The notes: generated from the letters alone by a model not told the origin. A stretch of 64,000 bases of DNA from Dehalococcoidia bacterium (GCA_963665775.2 CAXXTF010000002.1:384001-448000); one strand, 5' to 3'; shown: positions 40,899 to 51,795, numbered from the stretch's first letter. Translations and numbers: made by a program.

Positions 40899-41069
40899 AT
40901 GAAGACTGGGTTCAACCTCTTTATCCTGCGGCAGGATCTGATAATCGATGTGGCTCGCAAGGCCGATGAGATCGGCATCGAGTCGATCTTGATCTCCGAT
41001 CACCTGATCTGGCCTCAAGAGATTCATCCCGAGTATCCGTACAGCCCCAACCCGGCCGGTAGCGCTTAA
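40899..41069 (+). pseudogene. LLM-class (F420-dependent) oxidoreductase, N-terminal fragment
   Basis: MKTGF...ARKADEIGIESILISDHLIWP..YPYS, truncated at the 3' end of mobA; AGGAG RBS. Confidence 0.75.
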
Positions 41070-41695
41070 CCTGACCGGGCCTGTGATCCTCTGGCCGTTC
41101 GTTGCCAGATGGTCTGGGCACGTGCCAGGTCTTGCTGGTTGTTCAGGTTGAAGACGCTCAGTCCTTCGGGGTCGTGATGGCGCATCTCCTCCTCGGAAAG
41201 CGTCCGTACGTCCAGCCGCGAAAGCAATTCCTTCATGCTGTTGCCCCCTCGGGCGAGGAGAGATTCGATGGCGGGCAGGCAGGAGCGAGCGTACACAGCG
41301 TGCAGAGGGTGCCAGCGGTCAGCGACTCTGGGGACCAGCGCCTGGTAGCGGCGGGGAAGACCGGCCATGTAGTCCAGGAGGGGGAGGTTCAGGAAAGGCA
41401 TGTCGCAGGCCACCACCAGAGAGAACGCGGTGGGGGCAACCGCAAGCCCGGCCTGGACTCCTGCCAGGGGTCCCGCTCCTGGGATCGTGTCGCTCACGAA
41501 TTGCACCGGAAGAGCGGGGATGTCTCGGGCCGACCGTGACCCGGAGGCGACTATCACTTGAGGACAGACGGAAGAGAGCCTGTCGATAACGATCTCCAGG
41601 AGGGTGCGGTCATCGAAGGTCAGTTCGGCCTTGTCTGTGCCCAGGCGGCGGCTCCGGCCTCCTGCCAGAACGATTCCGCTCAGGGGTTCGGTCAC
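41066..41695 (-). CDS. mobA: Molybdenum cofactor guanylyltransferase
   Basis: LAGGRSRRLGTDKA, GPLAG, ACDMP and FNLN motifs. Confidence 0.94.
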   Translation of the reverse strand: MTEPLSGIVLAGGRSRRLGTDKAELTFDDRTLLEIVIDRLSSVCPQVIVASGSRSARDIPALPVQFVSDTIPGAGPLAGVQAGLAVAPTAFSLVVACDMPFLNLPLLDYMAGLPRRYQALVPRVADRWHPLHAVYARSCLPAIESLLARGGNSMKELLSRLDVRTLSEEEMRHHDPEGLSVFNLNNQQDLARAQTIWQRTARGSQARSG

Positions 41696-42216
41696 CGCTC
41701 AGGCCCATCCGCTCGATCGGCGGGGGCCTTCAGGGCGAAGTGCTGCTCCAGCAGGTCGGCCACACCGACGGCATCGTCCAGGCCGAACTGAGGTCGCTCC
41801 AGATCGAACGGCTGGTCCGTAACGACGGCGAACAGGTCGTCGAGGGCAGCCGTGAGGGTGCTACTGAAGGCCTGCCGCGAGACCTCGATCTTAAGGGCGG
41901 AGGCGCCTCGGTATCCCTCCGTAAGGATCAGGTCCACCCGGTCTCCCACCATCGTTGCCAGGTCGTCCAGGCTCCGTTCCTCGTGCACCTCTTCTAGGAG
42001 GGCCAGGCGAGATGGCGAGGAAAGCAGGACAATGTCGCTGCCGGCTTGGGTTAGCCGCCAGGAGTCCTTGCCGGGGCGGTCGATGTTGAAGTTGTGGACA
42101 TCGTGCTTAATTGTGGCCAGCCGGTAGCCGCGGGCTTTCATCTCCCGCACCAGCTTCTCCAAGAAGGTGGTCTTGCCCACCCCGGAGTTGCCGACCACGC
42201 TGATCATCGGAACCAT
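41692..42216 (-). CDS. mobB: Molybdopterin-guanine dinucleotide biosynthesis protein B
   Basis: GNSGVGKTT, IKHD, PGKDS and DLILTEGY motifs. Confidence 0.94.
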   Translation of the reverse strand: MVPMISVVGNSGVGKTTFLEKLVREMKARGYRLATIKHDVHNFNIDRPGKDSWRLTQAGSDIVLLSSPSRLALLEEVHEERSLDDLATMVGDRVDLILTEGYRGASALKIEVSRQAFSSTLTAALDDLFAVVTDQPFDLERPQFGLDDAVGVADLLEQHFALKAPADRADGPER

Positions 42217-42704
42217 TGGGGCTCCCTTCCAGGCGCAGCGGGCGCAAGAGGACGGTGGCGCAAGCTCGGTCTACTGACGGATATGCGAACCATTGGCGCT
42301 AGCTCCTCCGCGGGAATAGCCATCTCCGTGTTTCACCTCCATCTTATCAGCTTACCGGCAGGGCTAAGAGGTGTCCTGGGCTGGCGACTGTTCAGGAGGT
42401 GGGAGCGGGGCCGCGCCTGAGGGCCGCAGACCGGCCGCAGTTCGTCGGACGGAGTCGAGTGTGGTGTGCCTGTTCTGATCGGCGCCGCGCGCGTAACGGG
42501 GACCATCTGCCAGGCGTCTATACCTTGTCAGTCGTAGTGCGGGCTCGGCCTACGATTGAATTTACGGGGGAACGGCCCTCGGCGCGGCCTGGGGCAAGGC
42601 AGTTCGTTCCCCATTTTCCCTTGAGTCGGCCGGCCGGGCCTTCCGGCGAGAGTTTGGCGAAGGGGCGCTGGCAAACTGCTGATGGTGAAGGAGGCAAGGG
42701 GTCG

Positions 42705-43163
42705 ATGGCGATGACCGTGATAGTGCTGATAGCCGACCGGGACGATCCGAAGCACGGAGAGATCACCATCCTGCATGACATGGGTGAGGCCGAACGCCTG
42801 ATTGAGCGGCTACTTGAGTCAGGCTTCGAGCAGGAACGGGTGCGCGTCTTTGGCGGGGCCGAGATGGATTTGCGGATCACCCAGAGGCCGGTCGTGGCGC
42901 TGGTTGGGGGTGTAGAGGCAAGACTCGAGTCGGAGGATGCCGCCGCTGAGACCGAAGACGCCGCTGCCGAGGCTACCGCCGCTGAGACCGAAGACGCCGC
43001 TGTCGAGGCTACCGCCGCTGAGACCGAAGACGCCGCCGCCGAGGCCACCGCCGCTGAGACCGAAGACGCCGCTGTCGAGGCTACCGCTGAACCGGAGGAG
43101 GCTCCTGACCCTGCCTTCGTGAAGGACGGTGTGCGGTTCTCCTCCCTATTCAAGAGCACCTAG
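42705..43163 (+). CDS. Hypothetical protein with acidic Ala/Glu tandem-repeat linker
   Basis: RBS GGAGG; globular N-terminus, four 12-aa repeats, C-terminal GVRFSSLF. Confidence 0.7.
   Translation: MAMTVIVLIADRDDPKHGEITILHDMGEAERLIERLLESGFEQERVRVFGGAEMDLRITQRPVVALVGGVEARLESEDAAAETEDAAAEATAAETEDAAVEATAAETEDAAAEATAAETEDAAVEATAEPEEAPDPAFVKDGVRFSSLFKST
42942..43085 (+). repeat. 4 x 36-bp coding tandem repeat
   Basis: Unit GCCGCTGAGACCGAAGACGCCGCTG(C/T)CGAGGCTACC, encoding AAETEDAA(A/V)EAT. Confidence 0.95.
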
Positions 43164-43213
43164 CCGGGAGCCGATTGCGGCGGTGGGGCGTTCCAGCCTG
43201 CCCCAAACATGCC

Positions 43214-43567
43214 CTAGGTGGTCGGTGTCGCCTCCGCTTCCGGACAGGGTATCACTAGCTCCTACCCTATCTGAATCGAGTCTGGGTCAGCGATATCGTT
43301 GACCTCGATCAGATAATCTAGCGGGACATCGAAATCGATTGCTAGCGTGGACAGCAGGTCTCCCGCTTGGATGATGTAGATACTAGGCGTGCAGCCCGGG
43401 CTTGGTGCCGGGGTTGCCGTGGACGCAGGCGAACGGGTAGGGATAGGCGAGGGAGTGGAGGTGGAGGTGGGCGTTGGCGAGGGAGTGGACGTTTGCGATG
43501 GTTCATCGCTACCCCCACAGGCGGCCGCTACGAGAACGAACAAGATCAACGTAGCGAGAATCCTCAT
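43214..43567 (-). pseudogene. LysM lipoprotein with in-frame TAG near the C-terminus
   Basis: Lipobox AAAC, PT linker, LysM YIIQAGD...IQIG*ELVIP; TAG at 43262-43264. Confidence 0.75.
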
Positions 43568-43692
43568 TTTTCGCTCACGATCCCTTCATTACGCCAGGTT
43601 TGCCATTCCCTCTCGGAATCTCGCTCTCACAATGGAGCCTGGCCTATACGATGTCAAGAAGACAGTGGTGGGACAGGCTGGATGCGAGAGAG

Positions 43693-43769
43693 TGGTGGGC
43701 GATGGAGGGCTCGAACCTCCGACCTTCTCTGTGTAAGAGAGACGCTCTAACCAACTGAGCTAATCGCCC
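43693..43769 (-). tRNA. tRNA-Val(TAC)
   Basis: GGGCGAT acceptor, TCTCT-cttacac-AGAGA anticodon arm, CCA end. Confidence 0.95.
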
Positions 43770-43797
43770 ACCGGCGGCGATGGCCGGTCTGATTGTA

Positions 43798-45138
43798 TCA
43801 GAGATTTCGTTTGTCGCGCTCTCCCGAGGGGCCTTCGCGGGATGGCTGCTCACCAGGCGGGCTGTCTTGCGGCTGTAGCGCCGTCTCTCGCGCTGCCGAA
43901 AAGAAGGCGGGCAGCCGGGGCGTGTCCCGGAGGAACAAAAGCATAGCCAGTACCAGATAGCCCGTCCCGTAGGCGACGCGAATCGTCGTATCGGTTAAGA
44001 ATAGTTGGGTGCTAAAGAGCGCGGCCAGCAGTATGGCCTCCCGCCGCTCCATGCTCAGGCTCACGAGGATCGCCACCGCAAACATGGACTGGCCGGCAGT
44101 CAGGAACACCTCCTCCGCCTGGCGAGCGTCGAACTCCAGGGGGCTTAGGGTGCCGCCCGATATGCTGAAGGCCAGGGGCAGGCTGCCGATGAGTAGGGTC
44201 CACTGGTTGACCTTGGACGCTATCAGCACCGTCATGGCCGCCCCGCTGCGCCCTCGTATCGCCAGCAGGCCGGCCATGACGAACTCCGGCGCCTCCGAGG
44301 CCAGGGGAGCTATCCACTGCACCAGGAGGAACTCGTCCACGCCCAGGTCCTCTCCCGTCTCCACCAGCCCCTCGGCGAAGGGCTCCGCCGCGGCGAAGAT
44401 GACCAAGGCGGCGTAGGCGAAGATGCCCCCTATCATCAACCGGCGACGTAGCTTCGACAGTGAGCCGATGGCTGCCGCCGGGCCGACGAACTCCCTCTCC
44501 TCCGCCGGCGGCGTCCGCGAGGCGAGATACATATAGGTGCCGAAGATCGTGAACATCACGGCCGTATCGATGAGCGAGAGGTGGCCACGGATGGGGATGG
44601 AGAAGCTGTACAGGGTGGCGGCGCCCAGGAAGAGGATCCCCAGAGAGTTGTGGCGCTCGATGGGCATAATGGTGCGACGATGACGCAGGAAGAAGATGAG
44701 GAAGATCATGGGCCAGGCAAGGCCTACCAGCAGCCGGTTCGCCCCGGTCATATTGGCGATGGCGAGGTTTCTGGGGTGGACGATGTCGCTGACGCCGCCA
44801 GCGCAGTCTAACGGGAAATCCAGCCGAATACACTCCGGTACGTTCGGCGCCGTCCAGGCGAAGAAGAGGTCCACCGCGTACTCCGGCAGCACCGCAACGA
44901 GGGCCAGGGTCACCAAGGCCAGGGTGGCCGAGACCTCGGTTTCCGCCACCTCCGAGGCCCAGATCAAGAGCGTCGCCGCAGCCAGTATGCCGAGGCCGAA
45001 GATGAGCGATTGAACGATGGGGGAGAAGTCGGGATGGGGACCGCCCGTGATGTCCAGGACGCGGAGAATTGGGCCGGGTAGGGCCACGACTGCCGCCAGC
45101 CCGATTATCGCCCAGTGGCGTGCGTAGGTGATGCGCAT
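43798..45138 (-). CDS. Na+/Ca2+ (cation:Ca2+) antiporter family protein
   Basis: [23 protein letters not shown] and SKVNQWT alpha-repeat motifs. Confidence 0.9.
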   Translation of the reverse strand: MRITYARHWAIIGLAAVVALPGPILRVLDITGGPHPDFSPIVQSLIFGLGILAAATLLIWASEVAETEVSATLALVTLALVAVLPEYAVDLFFAWTAPNVPECIRLDFPLDCAGGVSDIVHPRNLAIANMTGANRLLVGLAWPMIFLIFFLRHRRTIMPIERHNSLGILFLGAATLYSFSIPIRGHLSLIDTAVMFTIFGTYMYLASRTPPAEEREFVGPAAAIGSLSKLRRRLMIGGIFAYAALVIFAAAEPFAEGLVETGEDLGVDEFLLVQWIAPLASEAPEFVMAGLLAIRGRSGAAMTVLIASKVNQWTLLIGSLPLAFSISGGTLSPLEFDARQAEEVFLTAGQSMFAVAILVSLSMERREAILLAALFSTQLFLTDTTIRVAYGTGYLVLAMLLFLRDTPRLPAFFSAARETALQPQDSPPGEQPSREGPSGERDKRNL

Positions 45139-45284
45139 CCAATTTGCTCCAGCTGAGTATATCAAGGCGGGTGATAACGGGGAACGCTCTCGTTGACACC
45201 TCACATCTGGGGGGATACACTCGTGCCGCGGTTACCCGGAACGATGATGCCCTCGCGGGCACGGAAGTTGAGGAGGCGATTCCA

Positions 45285-46949
45285 TTGCCTGAAGCCGACG
45301 GCAGCGAAAAGCAAAAGTGGCTGGACGGCGCCTACAGCCGCTCCACCCAACGCTTCCCCGAGCGCGACTACCCCTTCGAGACGTCCGACGGACAGGTCGT
45401 CGAGCCTACCTACACCGCCGATGATCTTGCCGGCTGGGATGACCTGAATCAGCTTGGCTTCCCGGGTGAGTTCCCCTTTACCCGCGGCGTCCAGCCCACC
45501 ATGTACCGCGGTCGGCTCTGGACCATGCGCCAGTACGCCGGCTTCGGCGACGCCGAGGAGTCCAACCGCCGCTACCGCTACCTCCTGGAGCAGGGCCAGA
45601 CCGGTCTCTCCGTCGCCTTCGACCTGCCTACCCAGATCGGCTACGACTCCGATGATCCCGTCGCTGAGGGCGAGGTAGGCAAGGTGGGCGTCGCCATCTC
45701 CTCCCTGGCCGATATGGAGATCCTCTTCCAGGAGATCCCCCTGCAAAAGGTCACCACCTCCATGACCATCAACGCCACCGCGGCTATCCTCCTGGCCTTC
45801 TACGTGGCCGTGGCCAAGAAGCAGGGGGCCGACCTCAGCAAGGTCGGTGGCACCACTCAGCACGATGTCCTGAAGGAGTACATCGCCCGCGGCACCTACA
45901 TATTCCCGCCCGAGGGTTCCATGCGTCTGGTTACCGATGTATTCGGCTGGTGCAAGGAGAACATCCCTCAGTGGAACACCATTAGCATCAGCGGCTACCA
46001 CATGCGGGAGGCCGGCTGCACCGCAGTCCAGGAGGTCGGATTCACCCTGTCCAACGCCATCGCCTACTCTCAGGCTGCTCTGGACGTGGGACTCCAATTC
46101 GACGAGATCGCGCCCCGTTTCTCCTTCTTCTTCGCCGCCTACACTAACCTTCTGGAGGAGGTGGCCAAGTTCCGCGCCGCCCGCCGGCTGTGGGCCCGCC
46201 TCGCCCGCGATCGCTTTGACGCGAAGGACTCCCGCTCCATGATGCTGCGCTTCCACACCCAGACCGGCGGCGCCACCCTCACCGCGCAGCAGCCGGAGAA
46301 CAACATCGTGCGGACGGCCCTCCAGGCGCTGGCCGCCGTTCTCGGTGGCACCCAGTCCTTACACACCAACTCTATGGACGAGGCGCTGGCCTTGCCCTCG
46401 GAGAAGACAGTCCAAATCGCCCTCCGCACCCAGCAGGTTCTCGCCTACGAGTCCGGCGTCGGCGATGTTGTCGACCCTCTGGCCGGCTCCTACTATATCG
46501 AGAAGCTCACGGACCGCATCGAGGAGGAAGCGCTCGCTTACATCAACCGCATCGAAGACCTAGGCGGCGCTCTGCGCGCTATCGAGGCCGGCTTTCAGCA
46601 GCGGGAGATACAGGAGAGCTCCTACCGTATACAGATGGAAGTCGATAACAGCCGTCGCGTCGTCGTCGGCGTCAACCAGTTCACCTCGGACGAGGAGGAG
46701 CAGGGCGAAATCCTCCGCCTACAGCCGGAGGTGGTGAAGAGGCAGCTCGACCGGCTGCAGCGGGCCCGATCGGAGCGCGACCAGGCCCGTGCCGATCAGC
46801 TCCTGGGCCAGCTTGGCACGGCCGCCCGTGGGGACGCCAACCTCATGCCCCTCCTCATCGAGTGCGCGGAGAGCTACGTCACCCTGGGCGAGATGTGCCA
46901 CGTGCTGCGGGGCGTCTTCGGGGAGCAGCGGGAGTTCATGGTGTTCTAA
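45285..46949 (+). CDS. Methylmalonyl-CoA mutase, substrate-binding subunit
   Basis: [22 protein letters not shown] and KFRAAR motifs; probable TTG start after GAGGAGG; TTGACA-N17-TACACT upstream. Confidence 0.95.
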   Translation: MPEADGSEKQKWLDGAYSRSTQRFPERDYPFETSDGQVVEPTYTADDLAGWDDLNQLGFPGEFPFTRGVQPTMYRGRLWTMRQYAGFGDAEESNRRYRYLLEQGQTGLSVAFDLPTQIGYDSDDPVAEGEVGKVGVAISSLADMEILFQEIPLQKVTTSMTINATAAILLAFYVAVAKKQGADLSKVGGTTQHDVLKEYIARGTYIFPPEGSMRLVTDVFGWCKENIPQWNTISISGYHMREAGCTAVQEVGFTLSNAIAYSQAALDVGLQFDEIAPRFSFFFAAYTNLLEEVAKFRAARRLWARLARDRFDAKDSRSMMLRFHTQTGGATLTAQQPENNIVRTALQALAAVLGGTQSLHTNSMDEALALPSEKTVQIALRTQQVLAYESGVGDVVDPLAGSYYIEKLTDRIEEEALAYINRIEDLGGALRAIEAGFQQREIQESSYRIQMEVDNSRRVVVGVNQFTSDEEEQGEILRLQPEVVKRQLDRLQRARSERDQARADQLLGQLGTAARGDANLMPLLIECAESYVTLGEMCHVLRGVFGEQREFMVF

Positions 46950-47034
46950 GCATGGGGTCATTTCGCGTCCCTATCGAGGTAGGTGATCCCAAAGGTCAGC
47001 GCTTTGAGCCGCCACAGCGACGGAAGGAGGGTAG

Positions 47035-47436
47035 ATGATCGAGAAGATTCACCATATCGGCATCGCCGTGCACAGCCTGGACGAGGCGCTCACCTTCTAC
47101 CGCGATACCCTGGGCCTTCCCGTCCATAAGCAGGCCACTATCGAGGAGCAGGGGGTGAAGGCCGCCCTCCTCACCATCGGCCAGAGCGAAATCGAGCTGC
47201 TGGAGCCCCTCTCGCCGGAGTCGACCGTGGGCCGCTTTCTGGAGCGCAAGGGCGAGGGGATGCATCACATCTGTTTCCAGACCCCGGACGTCGCTGCGGA
47301 GCTGGAGGGCCTCAAGCGGAAGGATGTCCAGCTTATCGACCAGCAGCCACGAAGTGGGCTGGCCGGCATGATCTGCTTCCTTCACCCCAAGGCCAGCCGC
47401 AGCGTCCTGGTGGAGCTGGCCACGCCGGTGGAGTAA
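47035..47436 (+). CDS. mce: Methylmalonyl-CoA epimerase
   Basis: HHIGIAV, IELLEP, GEGMHH, FLHPK and LVEL motifs. Confidence 0.93.
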   Translation: MIEKIHHIGIAVHSLDEALTFYRDTLGLPVHKQATIEEQGVKAALLTIGQSEIELLEPLSPESTVGRFLERKGEGMHHICFQTPDVAAELEGLKRKDVQLIDQQPRSGLAGMICFLHPKASRSVLVELATPVE

Positions 47437-47440
47437 CGCT

Positions 47441-47848
47441 ATGCCGAGCTTTAAGCGCATCGACCACGTAGTGATCGCCACCGCCGACCTGGGGGACGCC
47501 ACCCGCCTGTGGGAGCGGAATCTGGGCCTCGCGCCGGACGCCACCCTGGATCAGCCCCTGGGCGCCGGCTTCCAGGTGGCGCGACTCCCTGTAGGCGACG
47601 CCTTCCTGGAGCTGATCCAGCCCGGGGCCGAGGGCGGCCGCTTCGCGGCTCAGGTCCAGGAACGAGGCGAAGGGCTGTTCTCGCTCAGCATTGAGGTGGA
47701 TGATCTGGATGGCGCCATCGCCTATCTGTGGGGGAAGGGAGCCGTCGTCTCAAACCCGGAGCAGGGCATCTGGCCCGGCAGCCGTGTCGCCCGGGTTAGC
47801 CAGAAATCCAGCCACGGCGTCTCCCTCCAGCTCATCGAGCGAACCTGA
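47441..47848 (+). CDS. VOC-family protein (epimerase paralog)
   Basis: IDHVVIAT, FLELIQP and GEGL motifs. Confidence 0.85.
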   Translation: MPSFKRIDHVVIATADLGDATRLWERNLGLAPDATLDQPLGAGFQVARLPVGDAFLELIQPGAEGGRFAAQVQERGEGLFSLSIEVDDLDGAIAYLWGKGAVVSNPEQGIWPGSRVARVSQKSSHGVSLQLIERT

Positions 47849-47917
47849 CGAGGTGCGGGGCGTCGCCTCCGATAGCCTTACTGCCGTATAATCTCCCAGA
47901 GGAGGTTGCCCAAGAGC

Positions 47918-48340
47918 ATGGCTCAAGAACAGAAGGTAAAGATCGTCATCGCTAAGCCCGGCCTGGATGGCCACGACCGAGGCGCCAAGGTCATCGCCCG
48001 CGCCCTCCGCGATGCCGGATACGAGGTGGTCTACACCGGCATCCGGCAGACGCCGGAGATGATCGCCGAAACCGCGCTCCAGGAGGACGCTGACCTCGTC
48101 GGCCTTTCGATCCTCTCCGGCGCCCACCTGGAGCTCTTCCCGCGCGTAGTCCAGGAGCTGAAGAAGCGCGGCATGGACGATGTCCTCCTGTTCGGCGGCG
48201 GCATCATCCCCCGAGAGGACATTCCGCGGCTGGAGGAGGTCGGTTTCAAGGGGATCTTCGGCCCCGGCGCCTCCACGCACGACATCGTGGAGTGGGTACA
48301 GAAGAACGCTTCCGCCAGGGGGGCCGCCAGCCGCTCGTGA
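47918..48340 (+). CDS. Cobalamin-binding subunit of methylmalonyl-CoA mutase
   Basis: [17 protein letters not shown] and GGGIIP motifs. Confidence 0.95.
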   Translation: MAQEQKVKIVIAKPGLDGHDRGAKVIARALRDAGYEVVYTGIRQTPEMIAETALQEDADLVGLSILSGAHLELFPRVVQELKKRGMDDVLLFGGGIIPREDIPRLEEVGFKGIFGPGASTHDIVEWVQKNASARGAASRS

Positions 48341-49278
48341 CCTCGGAACTGAGCCAGCGCCTTCTGCAAGGCGATAAGAGGGCGCTCAGCCGCCTCCTCA
48401 GCTTAGTCGAGAACGGGTATCCGGAGGGGCGGCAGGCGCTGCGCGAGATATTCTCCCATAGCGGCCGTGCCCACATCATCGGCATCACGGGGCCCACGGG
48501 CTCCGGCAAGAGCACCCTGGTGAGCGGGCTGGCCCGTGAGTTCCGCAAACGGGGCCATACCGTCGGCATCGTCGCCGTGGACCCGACAAGCCCCTTCACT
48601 CATGGTGCCCTGTTGGGCGATCGTATCCGGATGCAGGACCTCACTGCCGATCCGGAGGTGTTCATCCGCAGCATGGCCACCAGGGGCGCCCTGGGCGGGC
48701 TGGCCCCGGCCAGCAACGATGTCGTCACGGTCATGGACGCGGCAGGCAAGGACGTGATCATGGTGGAGACGGTGGGCGCCGGGCAGGACGAGGTGGAGAT
48801 CGCGGACACTGCCGACACCACTGTGGTGATCAATGTGCCCGGCACCGGCGACGACATCCAGGCGATCAAGGCTGGCATTCTGGAGATCGCTGATATCCTC
48901 GTCGTCAACAAGGCGGACCGGCCTGGGGCGGGCATCATCGCGAAGCAGTTGCACATCTTCATGGCGCCGAGCCGGAATGAAGGCTGGGAGATCCCTATCA
49001 TCGAGACCGTGGCCCACAGGGATGGAGGCGTCCCTGATCTCACGGACGCCATCGAGAAGCACCACCGTTATCTGAGCCAGTCCGGCCGGCTGGATGAAGT
49101 CCGCCGTCAGCGCGCTCGGCGCCAGCTCCTCGCGGTGGCCCAGGGCCAGCTTCTGACCCGCCTCCTGGCCTCCGCCGAGGCTACCGGCGGTCTTGAGGCG
49201 CTGGTGGAGGCCGTGGCGCGGCGGGAGATAGACCCGCATACGGCGGCCGAACGGCTGATCGGCGAGCCGGGCGGCTAA
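48337..49278 (+). CDS. meaB: Mutase-associated GTPase MeaB
   Basis: [25 protein letters not shown] and NKAD motifs. Confidence 0.95.
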   Translation: MTSELSQRLLQGDKRALSRLLSLVENGYPEGRQALREIFSHSGRAHIIGITGPTGSGKSTLVSGLAREFRKRGHTVGIVAVDPTSPFTHGALLGDRIRMQDLTADPEVFIRSMATRGALGGLAPASNDVVTVMDAAGKDVIMVETVGAGQDEVEIADTADTTVVINVPGTGDDIQAIKAGILEIADILVVNKADRPGAGIIAKQLHIFMAPSRNEGWEIPIIETVAHRDGGVPDLTDAIEKHHRYLSQSGRLDEVRRQRARRQLLAVAQGQLLTRLLASAEATGGLEALVEAVARREIDPHTAAERLIGEPGG

Positions 49279-49370
49279 GGCCGGGACCGGCCCCGGACTC
49301 CGTAGCGGTTCCCATCCTGGGAAGGCGCAGCATGTGGGCGGTGGAAGCGGCACGAGGCGGGGGACAGTAA

Positions 49371-49398
49371 GGAACTTTTTCCACCGCTCACCCGTATT
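49371..49398 (+). promoter_or_regulatory. ECF-sigma-type promoter
   Basis: GGAACT-N16-CGTATT upstream of 49419. Confidence 0.5.
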
Positions 49399-49418
49399 AA
49401 CGTAGGACGGTAATAAAC

Positions 49419-49601
49419 ATGACGCGCCTGCCGGCATCACTCGCCACTCTCGTGGCGGTCGCCGCAAACCTATCGGCGAGCGTCCCTTCTGCCCACGCCT
49501 GCACCTGCGTTCCGTTCACCAGGCAGGAGTACGTTGACCACGCCGATGTCAGCGCCATCGGCACGGTCATCCGGCTCATCGCTGACGAAGGTACAGGTTA
49601 A
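49419..49601 (+). pseudogene. Truncated secreted protein (signal peptide plus ACTC motif)
   Basis: AHA-CTCVP...ADVSAIGTV, then a stop at the shift to more AT-rich DNA. Confidence 0.55.
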
Positions 49602-49750
49602 TGTTCGTAACGAGCACCGCCGTGTGGAGAGATGGATCACTGAGAAGACTGATTTGCCTTTTAGGTTATTTAGGAAGTAGAATACGTGAACCAGAATTAT
49701 CAGCGAGCCTAAGTAATCTGGGTAAGGATCTAGAAAGGGCGGCTGTCTAG

Positions 49751-50707
49751 ATGACCTCTATGCAAGCTTACTTGCTCCGACGGATCATACTGCTGATCCC
49801 AACCCTGATTGGGGTTACCTTTATCGTCTTTATGTCAGTCCGTTTCTTGCCAGGGGACATTGTTGACTCCCTGGCCGGGGAGTTTGCTGCCACGCCCGAG
49901 TACCGAAAAATAATAGAGGAACAATACAAACTGAACGACAATATGTTCACGCAATACTTCGAGTGGCTGGGCGGCATCATAACCTTGGACTTTGGCGATT
50001 CGCTGCTCAGGAGAGCACCGGTGAACGATCTTCTGAGGCAGAAGCTTCCGGCCACTATTCAGCTCTCAGCGATGTCCTTAACCCTTTCCGTAATTATCGC
50101 CATACCGGTAGGCATCATATCGGCCATTCGACAGGACTCTGCTATGGATTACGTTGGCCGTAGCTTTGCCGTGGCGTCGCTGGCCACCCCCAATTTCTGG
50201 ATCGCCATCATGGTGATCACTTTTGGATTCGTCTGGTTCGGCTGGACAGCGCCGATAAGGTACGTAGCGATTTGGGACGATCCGATTGCGAATCTAAAGC
50301 TGTTCTGGGTACCGGCCGTAATCCTGGGAACCAGCCTGAGCGGCACCCTCATGCGCCTGACCCGCTCGGCAATGCTAGAGGTGCTGCGCCAGGACTACGT
50401 CCGCACTGCCTGGGCCAAGGGCCTCCGTGAGCGTGCGGTTATCTCTCAACATGTCGTCAGAAACGCTCTCATACCCGTTATTACAATCATCGGAGGGCGA
50501 ATTCCGACGTTGGTAGGCGGAACCGTGATCATAGAAACGATCTTCACTATTCCGGGGATGGGCCGACTCTTCTTTGACTCCATCGGTGAACGGGACTATA
50601 CTACCGTCCAAGCTATCGTGATAATCTCGGCTGTCCTGGTTGTGGTCAGCAACCTCGTTACGGATATGACTTACTCCATCATCGACCCCAGGATTCGGGT
50701 CCGCTAG
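49751..50707 (+). CDS. ABC peptide/nickel transporter permease (DppB/OppB-like)
   Basis: LPGD and RSAMLEVLRQDYVRTAWAKGL EAA loop. Confidence 0.95.
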   Translation: MTSMQAYLLRRIILLIPTLIGVTFIVFMSVRFLPGDIVDSLAGEFAATPEYRKIIEEQYKLNDNMFTQYFEWLGGIITLDFGDSLLRRAPVNDLLRQKLPATIQLSAMSLTLSVIIAIPVGIISAIRQDSAMDYVGRSFAVASLATPNFWIAIMVITFGFVWFGWTAPIRYVAIWDDPIANLKLFWVPAVILGTSLSGTLMRLTRSAMLEVLRQDYVRTAWAKGLRERAVISQHVVRNALIPVITIIGGRIPTLVGGTVIIETIFTIPGMGRLFFDSIGERDYTTVQAIVIISAVLVVVSNLVTDMTYSIIDPRIRVR

Positions 50708-50725
50708 AAGCACGAGACGTAGGCC

Positions 50726-51628
50726 ATGGCTCGAGAATCTGTTGCGGCTCCAGTAATAACACAACCCTGGTTCAGGCGCAGCACCGGTGTCTTGCGAGCG
50801 TTGTGGCGCTTTGTCCGGCATAAGCCCCTAGGCACTTTTGGGGCCGCGGTCGGTCTTCTGATGCTTTTGACGGCGCTTTTCGCAGACGTGATAGCACCTT
50901 ATGGCTACGCCGAATTCAATATTCCGGAGCGTCTCCAAGGGCCCAGTTGGGACCATCTATTCGGCACCGATAATCAGGGTCGTGATGTCTTCAGTCGAAT
51001 AGTGTACGGGGCCCAAACATCGGTCATTACATCCTTTGGCGCGGTGACCCTTGCTGTCGTTATGGCCACGTCCATAGGCTTAATCTCTGCCTACTACGGT
51101 GGCCTGGTCGATCTTTTGTTCCAGCGGGTAGTCGATATCTGGATAGCCTTTCCCGGGCTCCTTTTTATCATCTTCCTTGTATCCATCCTGGGAGCAAGCC
51201 AACTGACCCTTATCATCGTCATAGGCTTTCTGTTCATGGCCGGTTCGTCACGGCTCCTCCGGAGCGTAGCGATGGCGACCCTGGCCCAACCCTATACGGA
51301 GGCCGCCAAGGCCGTGGGTGCGCGTGACTCGCGCATCATGATATTTCACATCTTGCCTAACATGGTCCCCATCATCCTCATCACTGTCTCAGTGGAAATA
51401 GGCGCCGTGATCTTGATTGAGTCGTCCTTATCCTTCCTTGGCTATGGCATTCCACCGCCCTTCCCGTCTTGGGGTCGCATGCTCAACGAATCCCAACGGC
51501 AGATGCTGAATCAGCCATACTTGGCCATTTTCCCAGGGCTGGCGATCGCTCTTGTTGTCTATTCGTTAAACATGTTTGGCGACGCCCTGCGGGATGTGCT
51601 CGATCCACGTCTACGCGGATCAAGATAA
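50726..51628 (+). CDS. ABC peptide/nickel transporter permease (DppC/OppC-like)
   Basis: FGTDNQGRDVFSR, HILPN and GDALRDVLDP motifs. Confidence 0.95.
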   Translation: MARESVAAPVITQPWFRRSTGVLRALWRFVRHKPLGTFGAAVGLLMLLTALFADVIAPYGYAEFNIPERLQGPSWDHLFGTDNQGRDVFSRIVYGAQTSVITSFGAVTLAVVMATSIGLISAYYGGLVDLLFQRVVDIWIAFPGLLFIIFLVSILGASQLTLIIVIGFLFMAGSSRLLRSVAMATLAQPYTEAAKAVGARDSRIMIFHILPNMVPIILITVSVEIGAVILIESSLSFLGYGIPPPFPSWGRMLNESQRQMLNQPYLAIFPGLAIALVVYSLNMFGDALRDVLDPRLRGSR

Positions 51629-51795
51629 GAGGCGATGCCGAGACATCGTTATGCCGGAACAGCGTATCAGGAGCTGTCTTAGCGTCCCACCGGCGGCGAA
51701 TGTGCTTCGCCTTGACGCCGCCTTGCTCGAACGATATTATGGAGCGGCTTTGCCCACGACTGATCTATGGCCGGCTGGAAAGTGGAGGATAGTTC

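Noticed and set aside
42217-42700. Possible Moco riboswitch or leader peptide upstream of mobB
   Set aside because: I could not identify the conserved motif by eye; a short minus-strand ORF with an RBS is present but has no recognisable features.
42942-43085. 36-bp repeats as a possible CRISPR array
   Set aside because: The units are contiguous with no unique spacers, lie in frame within an ORF, and no cas genes are nearby.
43664-43682. Possible second tRNA 3'-end fragment next to tRNA-Val
   Set aside because: Only about 9 bp (AGTGGTGGG) are shared, too short to call an att site.
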